Source of the DNA: Branchiostoma lanceolatum
Lineage: Eukaryota
Reading direction: 5' to 3'
NCBI RefSeq assembly: GCF_035083965.1
Contig: NC_089722.1
Location: 25,419,081 to 25,483,080 of the forward strand
Length of the DNA stretch: 64,000 nucleotides
Under the pieces are notes generated by a model. That model worked only from the letters and a program-made list of their open reading frames with translations, had not been told where the DNA came from and ran no database searches. Positions 38,877-49,563 of the stretch are shown here, piece by piece (positions within the stretch are counted from its first letter, which is position 1; the number at the start of each line of letters is the position of its first letter). Position numbers and translations under genes: made by a program.

Positions 38877-38996
38877 ATGACTTTCCCCACTGCCGGATGC
38901 CTCTCCATGGATTCCCATCAGTCGCCGGAACTTAGCCTGCGTGGCCTCGTCGTGGAACTTGGTTTTGTCCCAGACGGTGCCCGCAGGAGCGTCACC
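38877..38996 (-). CDS. RSRC2: RSRC2-like exon (SMAP-domain motif KFRRLMGI)
   Basis: Acceptor tatcttag|GGT. GDAPAGTVWDKTKFHDEATQAKFRRLMGIHGEASGSGESH (human: EIWEKLNFGNKDQNVKFRKLMGIKSEDEAG). Donor CAT|GTAAGT. Confidence 0.7.
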
Positions 38997-39380
38997 CTAA
39001 GATATAGATACAGATGGGACACTCAAATAGTCAAATAACTGAAAAAGTTGAGCAAGACATGGACCTTATGCGGATACATGCTAATGAATGACAAAGTAAG
39101 TTAAATATTTTTCTTCATCTAACCTAACGGAGAAAGAAATGTATTTCTGCGTACAACTCACTAAGGCAAGGAACATTACAAATCATTCAAATTGATACCC
39201 ATCCAAACTTCCATACAACCAAAAACAAAGTTGGAAAGACAAGCTAGAACTCTACCTCAATATGTATATGGAATATGGAATATATTTACAAGAAGATGAA
39301 ACATAACAATACCAATAGCAGTTAATAGATTACGATAGTAAAGATAACCTAGCATTGTTTAACAAGGTCTGTGGACCCAC

Positions 39381-39482
39381 CTCTTTCTTCTCCTTTTTGC
39401 CAGCCCAGAGCAGTTTTCTTTTCTGCATCTGCTCTGCATACTTCATGGGGTTCACTGCAGTCGGGTTGTAGTAACTTGGCAC
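39381..39482 (-). CDS. RSRC2: RSRC2-like exon
   Basis: Acceptor gttgtcag|GTG. VPSYYNPTAVNPMKYAEQMQKRKLLWAGKKEKKE (human: VPSYYNPAAVNPMKFAEQEKKRKMLWQGKKE). Donor GAG|GTGGGT. Confidence 0.75.
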
Positions 39483-39664
39483 CTGACAACACACATAAAA
39501 CATGCAGTTAGAAATGATTTAACTTAGTATAAGTCTTTCTGATTAACAACCCTCTTCAGCTGAAATTTCATATGTTTCAAAAATCATCACAGCATAAGGA
39601 CTATGCAAGTTGATACACTATATAGTCAGGTCAAGTAAAGTCATGTACAGTATGAGGTTTTCAC

Positions 39665-39798
39665 CTGTATGCCTGTCTCAGCAGCCACCTTCATCTGCAT
39701 GGCCCTGGCAGCTGCACATACCGCCTCCTGGGGTGTCACCTGCTGTCCTGCCAGCAGAGGGTTCACTCCAGCGATGGAGGGGGGCGCACCTGCAGCAG
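39665..39798 (-). CDS. RSRC2: RSRC2-like exon
   Basis: Acceptor tgtttcag|CT. AAAGAPPSIAGVNPLLAGQQVTPQEAVCAAARAMQMKVAAETGIQ (human: AAAATGGSVLNVAALLASGTQVTPQIAMAAQMAALQAKALAETGIA). Donor CAG|GTGAAA. Confidence 0.75.
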
Positions 39799-40136
39799 CT
39801 GAAACACATATAAATTCCTTTAACACATGACAAAAAAAGCCATAACAACAACACGAACGACACAATGATGAAGCATAAGAACTTCTTACAATGCCTTGAC
39901 GTTTTATCTTTCTAGCATCTACCAGGCTCCATAGATTGCTAGAAATAAACAGATTACATGCCGGAGGAGTTTAAGCTGGGAGTATAGCTTGCAACTTACA
40001 CAGCCTGTGAGGAGGTAAGCTGTACTCTCGGCTTAAACTCCTCAGGTATGTAATCTGTCTATTTGGCCAATTTCTACTATTTTTCCAGCAACCTATGGAG
40101 CCTGCTAGAGGCTATTATCTTTCAACACCATCCTAC

Positions 40137-40369
40137 CTTCACCACTTTCTAGTTTAGCCTCCATCTCAGCTTTCTCTCGTTCTGCCTTCTCCTGCTGCTT
40201 TTTCTTGGCGCGCTCCAGTCTTCTGCGGAGAGCGTCCTGCGCGTCGAGGGCGGGGTCACCGGTTGGACTGGCACTTCCAGACGAGGAACCTGACCGGTCC
40301 CGGCGAGCAGGGCTATGGCGGCGCCCACGTCCACGGCCCCGACCGCGACCACGCATACCTCTGTGGGGA
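40137..40369 (-). CDS. RSRC2: RSRC2-like exon (RG repeats plus coiled-coil MDAQ motif)
   Basis: Acceptor tgtgtgcag|T. (S)PHRGMRGRGRGRGRGRRHSPARRDRSGSSSGSASPTGDPALDAQDALRRRLERAKKKQQEKAEREKAEMEAKLESGE (human: MDAQEALARRLERAKKLQEQREKE). Donor GAAG|GTAGGA. Confidence 0.7.
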
Positions 40370-40600
40370 CTGCACACAAATATAATGTATTACATATGTA
40401 AGTATGTAATGAACCTGTAATACATTATGTGTACTTTACCACGACTTTTGTAATCAAGATCATAGGCTAATGGAATCAAATCCTACTAGATGGATGCATT
40501 GCTTTGCATGCCTACAAATTTGTTCTTCTATTCCTAGTAACAAAATGGCTATCATCACATCAAGGCTTGTAACATGGACGTAACAAGCTATAGAACCAAC

Positions 40601-40948
40601 CTTCTCCTCCGTGGAGGGGACCTCCGATGATCTCTCCTGAGTATGGGTGACCTAGAATGACGTCTCCTTGGAGATCTTGACCTCTTCCGTACGAATGGTG
40701 AGCGCGACCTTGACCTTCTACGAGGAGATCTAGACTGCTTGCGTGGTGACCTTGACTGCTTTCTGGGAGATCTCGACCTTGATTTTGAACCTCCATGGTG
40801 AGGTGACTTAGATCTAGCTGGGCTGAGTGATCGGGATTGGGATCTCGGATGTCTCTTTGACCCTGATTTTGATCTGTGAGGGGAGGGTGATCTGGAGGAC
40901 GAATGCTTCCTGTCTGGAGATGGTGACTTGGAACGCCTCCGCGCCTCT
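40601..40948 (-). CDS. RSRC2: RSRC2-like RS-domain exon 2
   Basis: Acceptor tctggtctgtag|A. (R)EARRRSKSPSPDRKHSSSRSPSPHRSKSGSKRHPRSQSRSLSPARSKSPHHGGSKSRSRSPRKQSRSPRKQSRSPRRRSRSRSPFVRKRSRSPRRRHSRSPILRRDHRRSPPRRR. Donor AG|GTTGGTTC. Confidence 0.7.
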
Positions 40949-41372
40949 CTACAGACCAGAGAAACAGGAAATACACGTAGTGGATGTTTTAACAAACAAA
41001 AAACCCATCTATACTGGAAATATTCCTGACAAATACTAAAACACAGGAAATAGCAGATGTTTTATCAAACCAAAAAAGGCAGTTTTTGTATCTATACTGG
41101 AAATATTCCAGAAAAATGCTAAAAATCACTTACATGTTTATCCTTATTTGTTGATGACAAGTTCAATCTAATCTTTTAATTGATCTAAGAACTGTGATGG
41201 CATGTATGTGCATGTGACAAAAGGAAACTGTATTTCCAATGAGGAATTCTTAGACTGATCCCAAAACAAAAGCAACACCTTGTAATTATACATGTACAAC
41301 TGACAATTGCAATGTTAAGCAGAGATTTGTTTGTTGGTAACATAGAAAGTGCAAAAGAAGACTTGAACCAAC

Positions 41373-41971
41373 CTGGGAGGTGACCTTGAACGTGACCTCC
41401 GTCGTCTCCTGTCCGGTGACCTGCGTGAGTCCCTCCTGTCCTTGGGTCTGCCCTTCTCCCAGTCTCGGGACGGCCTCCGAACTGGACTGTCCCGTGAGCC
41501 ACGTACCCTATCGCGGGAACGCCGTCTCTTGTCCGGAGATTTTTGTCTGTGTCTCCCCTCTGGAGACCCCTTACTCCTGTGCGACCTCTTCTTGGGTGAC
41601 CTAGACCTCTTATGCTTTGGAGAAGGACTTCGTAATGATCTTGAACCTCTATATCCCTTCCTGGGTGAGACAGATCTTCTGGGTGATGGTGTCTGCGATA
41701 TCCTTGACCTTCTTGGTGACCTTGAAGCTTTTGGTGAACTCCTTGGTGATCTTGACCTTTTGGGAGACCTTGACATCTTGGATTTACTAGGAGACTTGGA
41801 GTATCTTGTGTTGTCTTTGTTGTGAGACTTCTTTCGCAGATCCTCGGGTGAGTGAGACTTCCGTGGACTCAGACTTGCCGACCGCGATGAATCTCGTCGT
41901 CTTCTCGGGGACGGGCAACGATCGGATGATGGGGATCTGCCAGAGTGACGTCTGTTTGAGACGGACTTGTC
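41373..41971 (-). CDS. RSRC2: RSRC2-like RS-domain exon 1 (599 nt)
   Basis: Acceptor cttcttcccaaaacag|G. DKSVSNRRHSGRSPSSDRCPSPRRRRDSSRSASLSPRKSHSPEDLRKKSHNKDNTRYSKSPSKSKMSRSPKRSRSPRSSPKASRSPRRSRISQTPSPRRSVSPRKGYRGSRSLRSPSPKHKRSRSPKKRSHRSKGSPEGRHRQKSPDKRRRSRDRVRGSRDSPVRRPSRDWEKGRPKDRRDSRRSPDRRRRRSRSRSPP. Donor AG|GTTGGTTC. The antisense ORF 41442..41825(+) is an artifact. Confidence 0.7.
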
Positions 41972-43525
41972 CTGTTTTGGGAAGAAGTGGCGTCTTACAA
42001 GGGATAATGCAACAAAACAAAGTTAGTATCAAGAAGTGGCAGAGTCGTCCACCTGGAAGAAAACAGACTAGAAGCAAGTTTAAATATCTTTTCTTTTATC
42101 CAAAACGGTGATAACTCATTCCTTTGCTTGTTGTGTGAGATTTTACTTTGCCATTTGGACTTATTTCATCAAATAGGTAGTTTATTGTTTAGTTCAAGCT
42201 TTGCACCAGAAATTGATACTAGATTACAAAACCCGTATCTCTTTGTTACAGTTTGTATTATATTGATATAACGATGTAAAAATAATACTTTTCTTTTTCA
42301 GTGATGCCGAAATTTGTGTGATGCAACGTTCAAATCCTTGTATTCATACACGCATTTGTATAGCCAAAGTAAATATCATTGCTTTTCATATCAAAGCTAG
42401 ACAAAGATTAGCATGATTACAGCAAGCAGTACCAAAGCAATAATTGTCTGTCTTTCTTTCTATAAATCTAGGGAAACGTAGACATATCACATAAATACAC
42501 AATACGATGAAGAATAGATACTTTTTCATACACGAGAAGACTCAGTCTGAGATATCTACAGACACCAAGCAGCTATTTACCTGTAGCGGCCACCGGTCTA
42601 ACAAGAAGGGCCGGATGCTTTTGTCCCGGCCAGCTTCACTCGGAGTACTGGGCTCGCCGAGGCATGGTTTAAGCTGGTGCATAGTTCATCAATTATAGAG
42701 GTGTTATTATGTGTTTTTACATCTCTTCCACTGTACTAGGACAGTAGACTATGCTTCAGTGCTCCTTCCAAGTGTATTTACATCTAAGATGCTAACTTGT
42801 TATATGCAAAACACTCACCTCCAGAATTTGGATAAAATGGTAACTCTAACTCTAAGTTAGAGAATGTTGAAATGCAGACATTCCAGGAGAAAATAAATTG
42901 CACCAAAGTTGAGCTGTAACCTCAGTCTACATGTGGAAAATAGCATCTTTTTCAATACATGGATGAATTTCAAAGATTTTAACATGTAGACAGAGGTCCA
43001 GACAATTCTAGAACAATTTTGAGACATTTTGAGAAGACCTATACTGTGTATAATGAATATTTCATGCACGTAACTATAATTCATAAAGAACATATCATCA
43101 TAGTCCAATAAAATACTAGTTGTTCTCCACTGCCATGTAAAATTCTGTGGGGAAAAAAGTTGTTAATTTCCTGGACTAGGTCTCAAACTATGGGAGATAA
43201 ACAGAACCACTATCAGTCCGACAAACAAAGCACACATATCTCTGTGACAGAAATACTACACATACATGTACATGAATAGATCACTGGCAGAATTGGGTCA
43301 AACTTTGCTCACAAATCCGACAATATCCCATATAATATTGATAAATTGTATCACACACAGAACTGAAAACTAAGAATTTACAGTGACTTTAAAGTCATTT
43401 TAGAATCCCCAAAATCAATTTTTCATGATGTGTGCAACCCTGTATTACTACAGCATAAAATCAATACAACAACATGCTTGGCCGTTAGTTACAAGTGTCT
43501 GAACGGTAAAGAGACATGACTTTAC

Positions 43526-43633
43526 CTCTGGGTCTTTCTGTAGCTCAGACATCCCAGCCTGCGAACCACTAGAACTGGCAGCTGCCTTCTGGCTTTCTCT
43601 CCTATACTTCACATCTGCTTGTGGCTGCACCAT
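43526..43633 (-). CDS. RSRC2: candidate first coding exon of the RSRC2-like gene (MVQPQADVKYRRESQKAAASSSGSQAGMSELQKDPE)
   Basis: Donor GAG|GTAAAG is phase 0, compatible with the RS exon. With this exon the 8-exon model totals 1797 nt = 599 codons. The start could be the internal ATG at 43552 instead. No similarity to the human N-terminus that I recognise. Confidence 0.35.
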
Positions 43634-43740
43634 CACAACAGGGACCTATGAAACAGCACTGACTTTTATGATACAACTTTAAGCATATCTCATGAATTTA
43701 ACACTCTTTGTCTTTCATAGATGACGTCTTGTAATGCTCC

Positions 43741-43747
43741 TCTTATA
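43741..43747 (-). promoter_or_regulatory. TATAAGA box (minus strand) ~100 nt upstream of the candidate RSRC2-like start; a CRE-like TGACGTCT lies at 43722-43729
   Basis: Reverse complement of 43721-43750 reads ...tgTATAAGAggagcattacaagACGTCAtctatg... Confidence 0.3.
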
Positions 43748-44929
43748 CATGTAAAACAGGTTTAAGACAAATAAGTTAACAAAACTGGTCTAGGGTCTGA
43801 AATATAAGCACAAATATACTCCATGAGAGCGTGCTACATGTACTTCCTAATTAAAACTTCCAAAGTGAGTTCTGTCATAGCCTCTAAAAAATTGATAAAA
43901 ATCTTGCAAACAAAATTCCATGTTGTATGTTTGTTACAAAGGGTACTAGTATCTAAATTATTGTAAGTTGTAACAAAGAGGATCTACATAAAAAAAGCAA
44001 CTACCGTAGTACAGTGGTACATTATTCATGAGGTCAGTAGAGTCGACATTGTGCTAACAGTGTAACACCAAGTGGACAGGCAATATCATAGTGAATATTA
44101 AACCATATATCCCCCAGAGAAGGACTATCTTAAGGACTCATTTATCATGGGGAGTGCCTTTCTCGAAAGGATACATGTAAGTTGTATTGGGACCCGTTAA
44201 TAAAATTCAAGCCCAGGACCTCTAGATTCTGGGTGGATCACCCTAACCACAAGGCCGCAATGTGCTGCGGAAGCAATCTCCATTTCAGACATAATTTGAT
44301 GAAATGATAAACCCCAGTAAATCATGCTGAACATTGCTGCTACAGCAGGACTTCATCAAGTCCACGGGAGGCACATTTGTGTGTAATTGAACAGAGTACA
44401 GATGATTGTGTTTCCAAATGAAAGGCCCTGAAAGCGACACCCTACATACTAATGACAGCAAAAGTACAACCTCAACCAGGCCTTCCTACAGGGGTATGAA
44501 TCGTAAAATTTGGCAAAAAAAGGGAATAATTGGCCAGAAGAGTCAGCCCACAGTAAGGTTAACCAATACAAGGAGGGGTTAAGAATAACCTCCTTGGGTT
44601 AACATTGCCTACTCTGGAGGGGCTGGTCAACCCTTTTGGTAGAAAAACTCCTGTGGCAAATTTCGCGATAGACAAATATAAATTCAACTCAAATAGACAA
44701 CTATACAGATATTTTGACAAGTTACATACACTATGATGTTAACTTAATTTTTCTAAAAAGTATAATTCTACAGCCCAAAAAAATTATGGGAACAAAATAT
44801 CAAATCATATTCTTTGAGGTGGTTACTTGCAAAACCCAAAATATCATGCAAGTGGAATCCTTGTAATATCTTGATTTTTCTCCGTATGCAAGCTTAAGTC
44901 TTTTTGTTAGAAGCTACTTATTAGTACAA

Positions 44930-44985
44930 TGTAACGTTGGGTAACATAAATTCGTGGGGTACTTAAATTCGGGATTTTTCGAAAA
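44930..44985. repeat. left copy of an inverted-repeat pair (TGTAACGTTGGGTAACATAAATTCG...GGATTTTTCG) flanking a 1.8-kb segment
   Basis: Partner is 46707-46742 (ccgaaaaatcccgaatttatgttacccaacgttaca). The left copy carries a 17-bp internal duplication. Confidence 0.6.
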
Positions 44986-46706
44986 CGGGGTATTTAGGGA
45001 TATGTGCTAGATGCAACATCAGTAATACCGCTAGAAATGCAAACTTGACAGACTAACGCATTCAGAACACTGTCTGAAAAGCTTCGATAACAATGCATTA
45101 GAAGTTGGCGACGTCAAAAACTCTCCGTCCCTTATTGACAGAGTCTGGGGGCTTCGTGGGAGACTCACACTGCACGGTTGTTCGCTGGTTTATAAGACAA
45201 ATGTCACATCTCCTGCCTGCTAAACACAATTATTTACAAGACAACTTATTACAATCTCTTTTGCTAACCTGCAACTGGATTCTAAGTGTGATCAATCATC
45301 AAAACTCCTCTTTGTTGCTACAACCTACGGCACGTGTATTTTCCCGCCGCCATATTGTTACCCAGAATCATGTCGTCAAGCAGACGACAAAAGGTTTGTG
45401 AGGAACACTTTTTTGTCTAAATGTTGCGTGTGATAGTGGACTGAAGACGATATTTTCCTCAAAGTTTGCTCCTAACACAACAAGGAACACATGGACATAG
45501 TAGTATAACCATTGCTACGGCATCCAGCTAACTTGCCATGAATAATGTGCACGTTGCCATGACGGTGGGGATCGACTTTGAGTGACGTTAACCTACCGAC
45601 TCAACAAACGGGATGTTAGCAAAGGCCTGATGTGTGCGGTGCGGCGGTTTTTTCGTGTATTTTTTTTTACTTGGACACGTCTATATCCATAGCACTCTCC
45701 TCAAGCCAAGGATGGAACGAATAGCTGCTGTATAAAATGTGATTAGCGGTAAGATATTCAAGACGAATCTTCTCTCCCGAATTAATGTGCACCCCTGTCC
45801 GACAGCACCGTCATTGTGCGTGCGGCGGACGGTAGTTTTAAGTTGAAATATCATTGTGTCAGCACGACTAGAGACAAAATCTACCATATAGAGTCAATTC
45901 CATGTCACTGAGAGGGTTTTCAGATGATATTGCTAATAAGTTTGAACAATTTTAGAGAAAAGACTATTTCAGTCAAAACAATTCCAGACCGTTCAAACAA
46001 TTAGAAATGAAAGTTTTAACATGTTTGAACTCATCTATATATTTTGGAAATATTATGAAAGTATTTGCACAAATATCTCTTTATTTAGAACAGTTTTCAA
46101 ACATCTGTGTGATTGTTCTACTGTTGGAACATGTTCCAACATTTTGCATCATTCTCAAAATGGTAGATTTGGGTTATTGCCCCCATAAAAGTAGGTGCTA
46201 ATCAGGCTCTATTGTCTGCCTCTGTATATTTTTAGATTTCACGTCTGGACACTGGCAACTCTTTTGTCTTTAGGTGTCTATGCATGGCACCTAGGCCTAA
46301 TCCCCTAGACTTTGAAGGGATGTGTGAATTGCCCTGTTCCCTGCCCACTGACCCAGTTATATCATATTTGTAGAATGTTGGAACATGTTCAAACAAATAA
46401 TCAATCTATGTTGCAACAGTTTAGAAACTAATACAAATAATGTGTTCAATGTTTAACCTGTTGGAACACAGCAGAAAATATTTATAACACCAAATAAATG
46501 TTGGAAATTGTTCTTAACAGTTCCTTATCTCACATAGATTGTTACAAAGGTTTTGTAAATGTTAGAACAAAAGGCAACAAACACCCTCTCGGTAATGTGG
46601 AATTGACTCTATATGATTAGTGCAAAGACAGTCCATGATACTGACAGAATAATAGAAAAAAAGGATGGTTTATTGTTCTGCTAGATTGATTTCAGTCAAC
46701 CATTAT

Positions 46707-46742
46707 CGGAAAAATCCCGAATTTATGTTACCCAACGTTACA
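46707..46742. repeat. right copy of the inverted-repeat pair (reverse complement of 44930-44985)
   Basis: 36-bp near-perfect match in inverted orientation. Confidence 0.6.
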
Positions 46743-46778
46743 TATAATTTCAAAATAACATCACAAACATGTACTTGT

Positions 46779-46792
46779 GGGGGGGGGGGGGG
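46779..46792. repeat. poly-G homopolymer (14 G)
   Basis: cttgtGGGGGGGGGGGGGGtacacc. Confidence 0.9.
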
Positions 46793-47329
46793 TACACCGC
46801 CATATTTGGCAAGAAATGTTTTCATGTTGTTCTCAGTCGGGCGCCCTCGAGGGCTACAAAACATTCAAAGTTTTAGCTCAAAATATCGGCACAGTCGCCT
46901 TTACCTGCCACAAATTTTGTCAGAAAGTTTACTATGAAGTATATTCTGTACATCTCACCTGCTTTTTTAACGGGAAAGGGCGAGGTTTTTCGGTGAAAGC
47001 TGAATCATTTGACTCGCTGCCTTCACTATCATACCCAGCCAAGGCGTCCATCTTGGTGTCTGGGGACAGTACGTTTTATATTCAAAACTCAGTATCGAAA
47101 GTAACTGAATCCCTTCAGCTGAGTCGACTTTTCATATGATCAATACATTTTGAAGTACATTATTATTTTTGACATAATAACTGTTATAATGATGGGCTTT
47201 GAATTCTTATTCGAGAGTTCCTGTGTCTGTAACGAAACCCATGGAGCAATATTGCTTTGTCCCTAAACTTAAAAATGAATCTTGCCTTTTCTCACGATAG
47301 TTGATTTCTGCACGAGAGCTGAGTCCAAA

Positions 47330-47407
47330 ATGGCTGCGCCCTTGGCTGGAAAAACGCTTTTCAGGAATTTCTTTGCTTTATCGAGAAAATCTTTTCACTT
47401 ACAAAAG
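47330..47407 (+). CDS. MRPL50: Mitochondrial ribosomal protein L50 (MRPL50-like) exon 1 (mitochondrial presequence)
   Basis: aaaATGg at 47330. MAAPLAGKTLFRNFFALSRKSFHLQK is an amphipathic, Arg/Lys-rich, acid-free presequence. Donor AAG|GTATTA. Confidence 0.65.
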
Positions 47408-47654
47408 GTATTACTTTTTCCTAAGTATCTCTTGCTCTCTACATCACACATAGATGGTTTTTAGCCTCATTGGTTGCCGTACATCGTGTGACAACGTTGG
47501 GTTTTTGAAAGAACAGTGGATAGTTTTTTGGTGGGGAGGGGGGTTGGCAGTGTACTTTGTAGGGTAAAAATATAATTTGATAGCCATAACAACTGCAACG
47601 GACAGCGTGTTATAGAGACATTTGAATCTACGTTTGGTTCAACTGAGTCGTAAA

Positions 47655-47931
47655 CAGAATGGACTGAAATATTGCGTTTTCGACATTTATAAATTATCTT
47701 GTTCACCATTCCGAGTACTAGTATGCATGCCCACAGTCAAGGGGGGGTGAAGGCCCCTAATTAAGACACAAACGAAACCCATCTAGACATTGTTATACAA
47801 ATTGGGACAACGGTCGATACTAGAACTGTTTACAAGCCGGGCCTTCACCTTTGACCATGCGCATGCATACTCGCAATGGTGAAGGACATAAGTTATAAAT
47901 GTCGAAAACACAATATTTCAGTCCATTCTGG
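47655..47931. mobile_element. ~280-bp foldback/hairpin element (two ~95-bp inverted arms, ~80-bp loop) in MRPL50 intron 1
   Basis: Left arm cagaatggactgaaatattgcgttttcgacatttataaattatcttgttcaccattccgagtactagtatgcatgc...ggtgaaggccc. The right arm ...gggccttcacc...gcatgcatactcgcaatggtgaaggacataagttataaatgtcgaaaacacaatatttcagtccattctgg is its reverse complement. Confidence 0.8.
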
Positions 47932-47987
47932 GGTTTTTTAGCGAGAGATAAATGTTTATCTTTTTGATGTGCTTCTTCATGGAACAG

Positions 47988-48115
47988 GCAACAGTATGTA
48001 CCGGTAGTAGAGCCTACAGCGAAGGAGGCGGACTTCTGTCCAGTCTGTTTGGAGGGTCAGGTGACAAGGAGCTGGCAGCAGCTGAACAGGAGGCTCTGGA
48101 CGTTCTGTCACAGAG
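47988..48115 (+). CDS. MRPL50: MRPL50-like exon 2
   Basis: Acceptor cttcatggaacag|G. ATVCTGSRAYSEGGGLLSSLFGGSGDKELAAAEQEALDVLSQ(R). Donor AG|GTGGGT. Confidence 0.65.
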
Positions 48116-48782
48116 GTGGGTTCAGTTAACTCTCAACTGATCACATTTATCTGGTCAATGTCTGTTACTTTATTTGAACACTTTTCCGTTTACCATAATG
48201 GGGGGCTCCTCGACCTTTGATAGGGCTATTGTATAAGACTGCAAGCAAGAAAAACCCTCCAACAGTCCCCATGGCTAAGATAAACCCAACAAGTACATGT
48301 TTGTAATCACCCTTCATATATGCAGATTAGTTTGTTCATTTGCATAACTTCTAGATTGCCTTTAGCCAGTTAGGTGTAATATGTCACTTTTGTACAGTGG
48401 GTACAAGCTGCATACGACTAGACTTAGGCTTGATCCACTCACACTGGATGGACCTCTATATATGGCCTCCGTCAGTCCGTATTGACCATGGTAAAATCCT
48501 AATTCGCAACAGCCCTACAGCATCGACTATGGCTAAACAGCCCTATACGAGAATGGCAGTCTCTGCCACAAAAATCACATCTGTAAGCTGACTCAGTTCT
48601 GTTGTAAAGCTCTTTTCTGCGGATCCGCTTTTCTTCTGCGCTGTGCATCAGTCTGACTTCTCCTGATTTGAGCTGTCTGAACAGTGTGCATGGACCTCTA
48701 CACTTATTGATAATGGAGTTGGGTTCTCTAACATGCCTGAGGTTGTTGTGTAGCCTAGTATTCAGTTATTTCTTGTCTCTAG

Positions 48783-48921
48783 ACCCACAAGAAAGTCCAG
48801 AGCTTATCAGCCACCACCCGACCTACAGGAGAGATTGGAAGGCATGGCAGCAGAAATCCGAGGAGGACCAACAGAAAACTGGAGAAATGTCAGTGTTGAA
48901 AACATCAGCACCAAATTCCAG
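48783..48921 (+). CDS. MRPL50: MRPL50-like exon 3
   Basis: Acceptor cttgtctctag|A. (R)PTRKSRAYQPPPDLQERLEGMAAEIRGGPTENWRNVSVENISTKFQ (human MRPL50: [44 protein letters not shown]). Donor CAG|GTACAT. Confidence 0.75.
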
Positions 48922-49356
48922 GTACATTTTGGTTCTTTCTGAAAAAAAAAACAGGGTATCATATAGATAAGGAATTCAGTACCTTCTCTTTAACCTACTT
49001 GCTATCTTCAACGTTCAAGTGATTTGAATTTTGTGATGTTATATGTAATCTATGGATATACCTTTCCTTGGTATTACAGCTGTATGTTCTTTGTATTCAA
49101 TATTTGTATGTCAGCTGTTATCTTTAACTGTGGTGAGGGGATATGAGCTTAGTCACATTTGGGACTGCTTCCTTCCCACTGTAGCTCCACCTAGCAGTGG
49201 GAAGTAGAACTAGTCAGATAGTAATGCCCTGAGGATAGCAGGACTACCAAAACATTAGCAGGTAATTAGTACTGGTTGTAACTTGTATACAAAGAACCTT
49301 GATATCCAGCTAGTCTTGTCTAACTGACTTATGGGTTTGTGATTTTTTTTCCACAG

Positions 49357-49563
49357 GTTTTATCAAGATGCTACAAGGAGTTTGGCCATGAAGTTCCAAA
49401 TGCTGAGCTGGCAAACATGAAAACCTTTCAAGACGTACTGGAATTCTACAAAACAGCAGTAGTAGACAATGATGTTTACAATCAGCTGATTGAAAAAGAC
49501 CTTCCCCCAAATGTCAATATCCAATGGGATGCCTATGATCATTTAGTAAAGAAAGATTCATAA
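49357..49563 (+). CDS. MRPL50: MRPL50-like terminal coding exon; stop TAA 49561-49563
   Basis: Acceptor ttttttttccacag|G. VLSRCYKEFGHEVPNAELANMKTFQDVLEFYKTAVVDNDVYNQLIEKDLPPNVNIQWDAYDHLVKKDS* (human: [51 protein letters not shown]). CDS 552 nt = 184 codons. Confidence 0.8.
   Translation, partial: VLSRCYKEFGHEVPNAELANMKTFQDVLEFYKTAVVDNDVYNQLIEKDLPPNVNIQWDAYDHLVKKDS

Noticed and set aside
41442-41825. Plus-strand ORF (127 aa, LGDLDLL repeats), and a similar one at 40205..40420, opposite the RS exons
   Set aside because: It is the antisense of AGR/TCN-rich RS-domain coding sequence. The minus-strand frame matches RSRC2 and splices in frame.
42570-42690. GC-rich, exon-like minus-strand segment with a GTAAAT donor (…ccggtggccgctacag|gtaaat) and an ATG followed by a quick stop
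   Set aside because: It has no open frame compatible with the RS exon, so I could not fit it into the RSRC2 model. It might be a non-coding alternative first exon. Listed only as a caveat.
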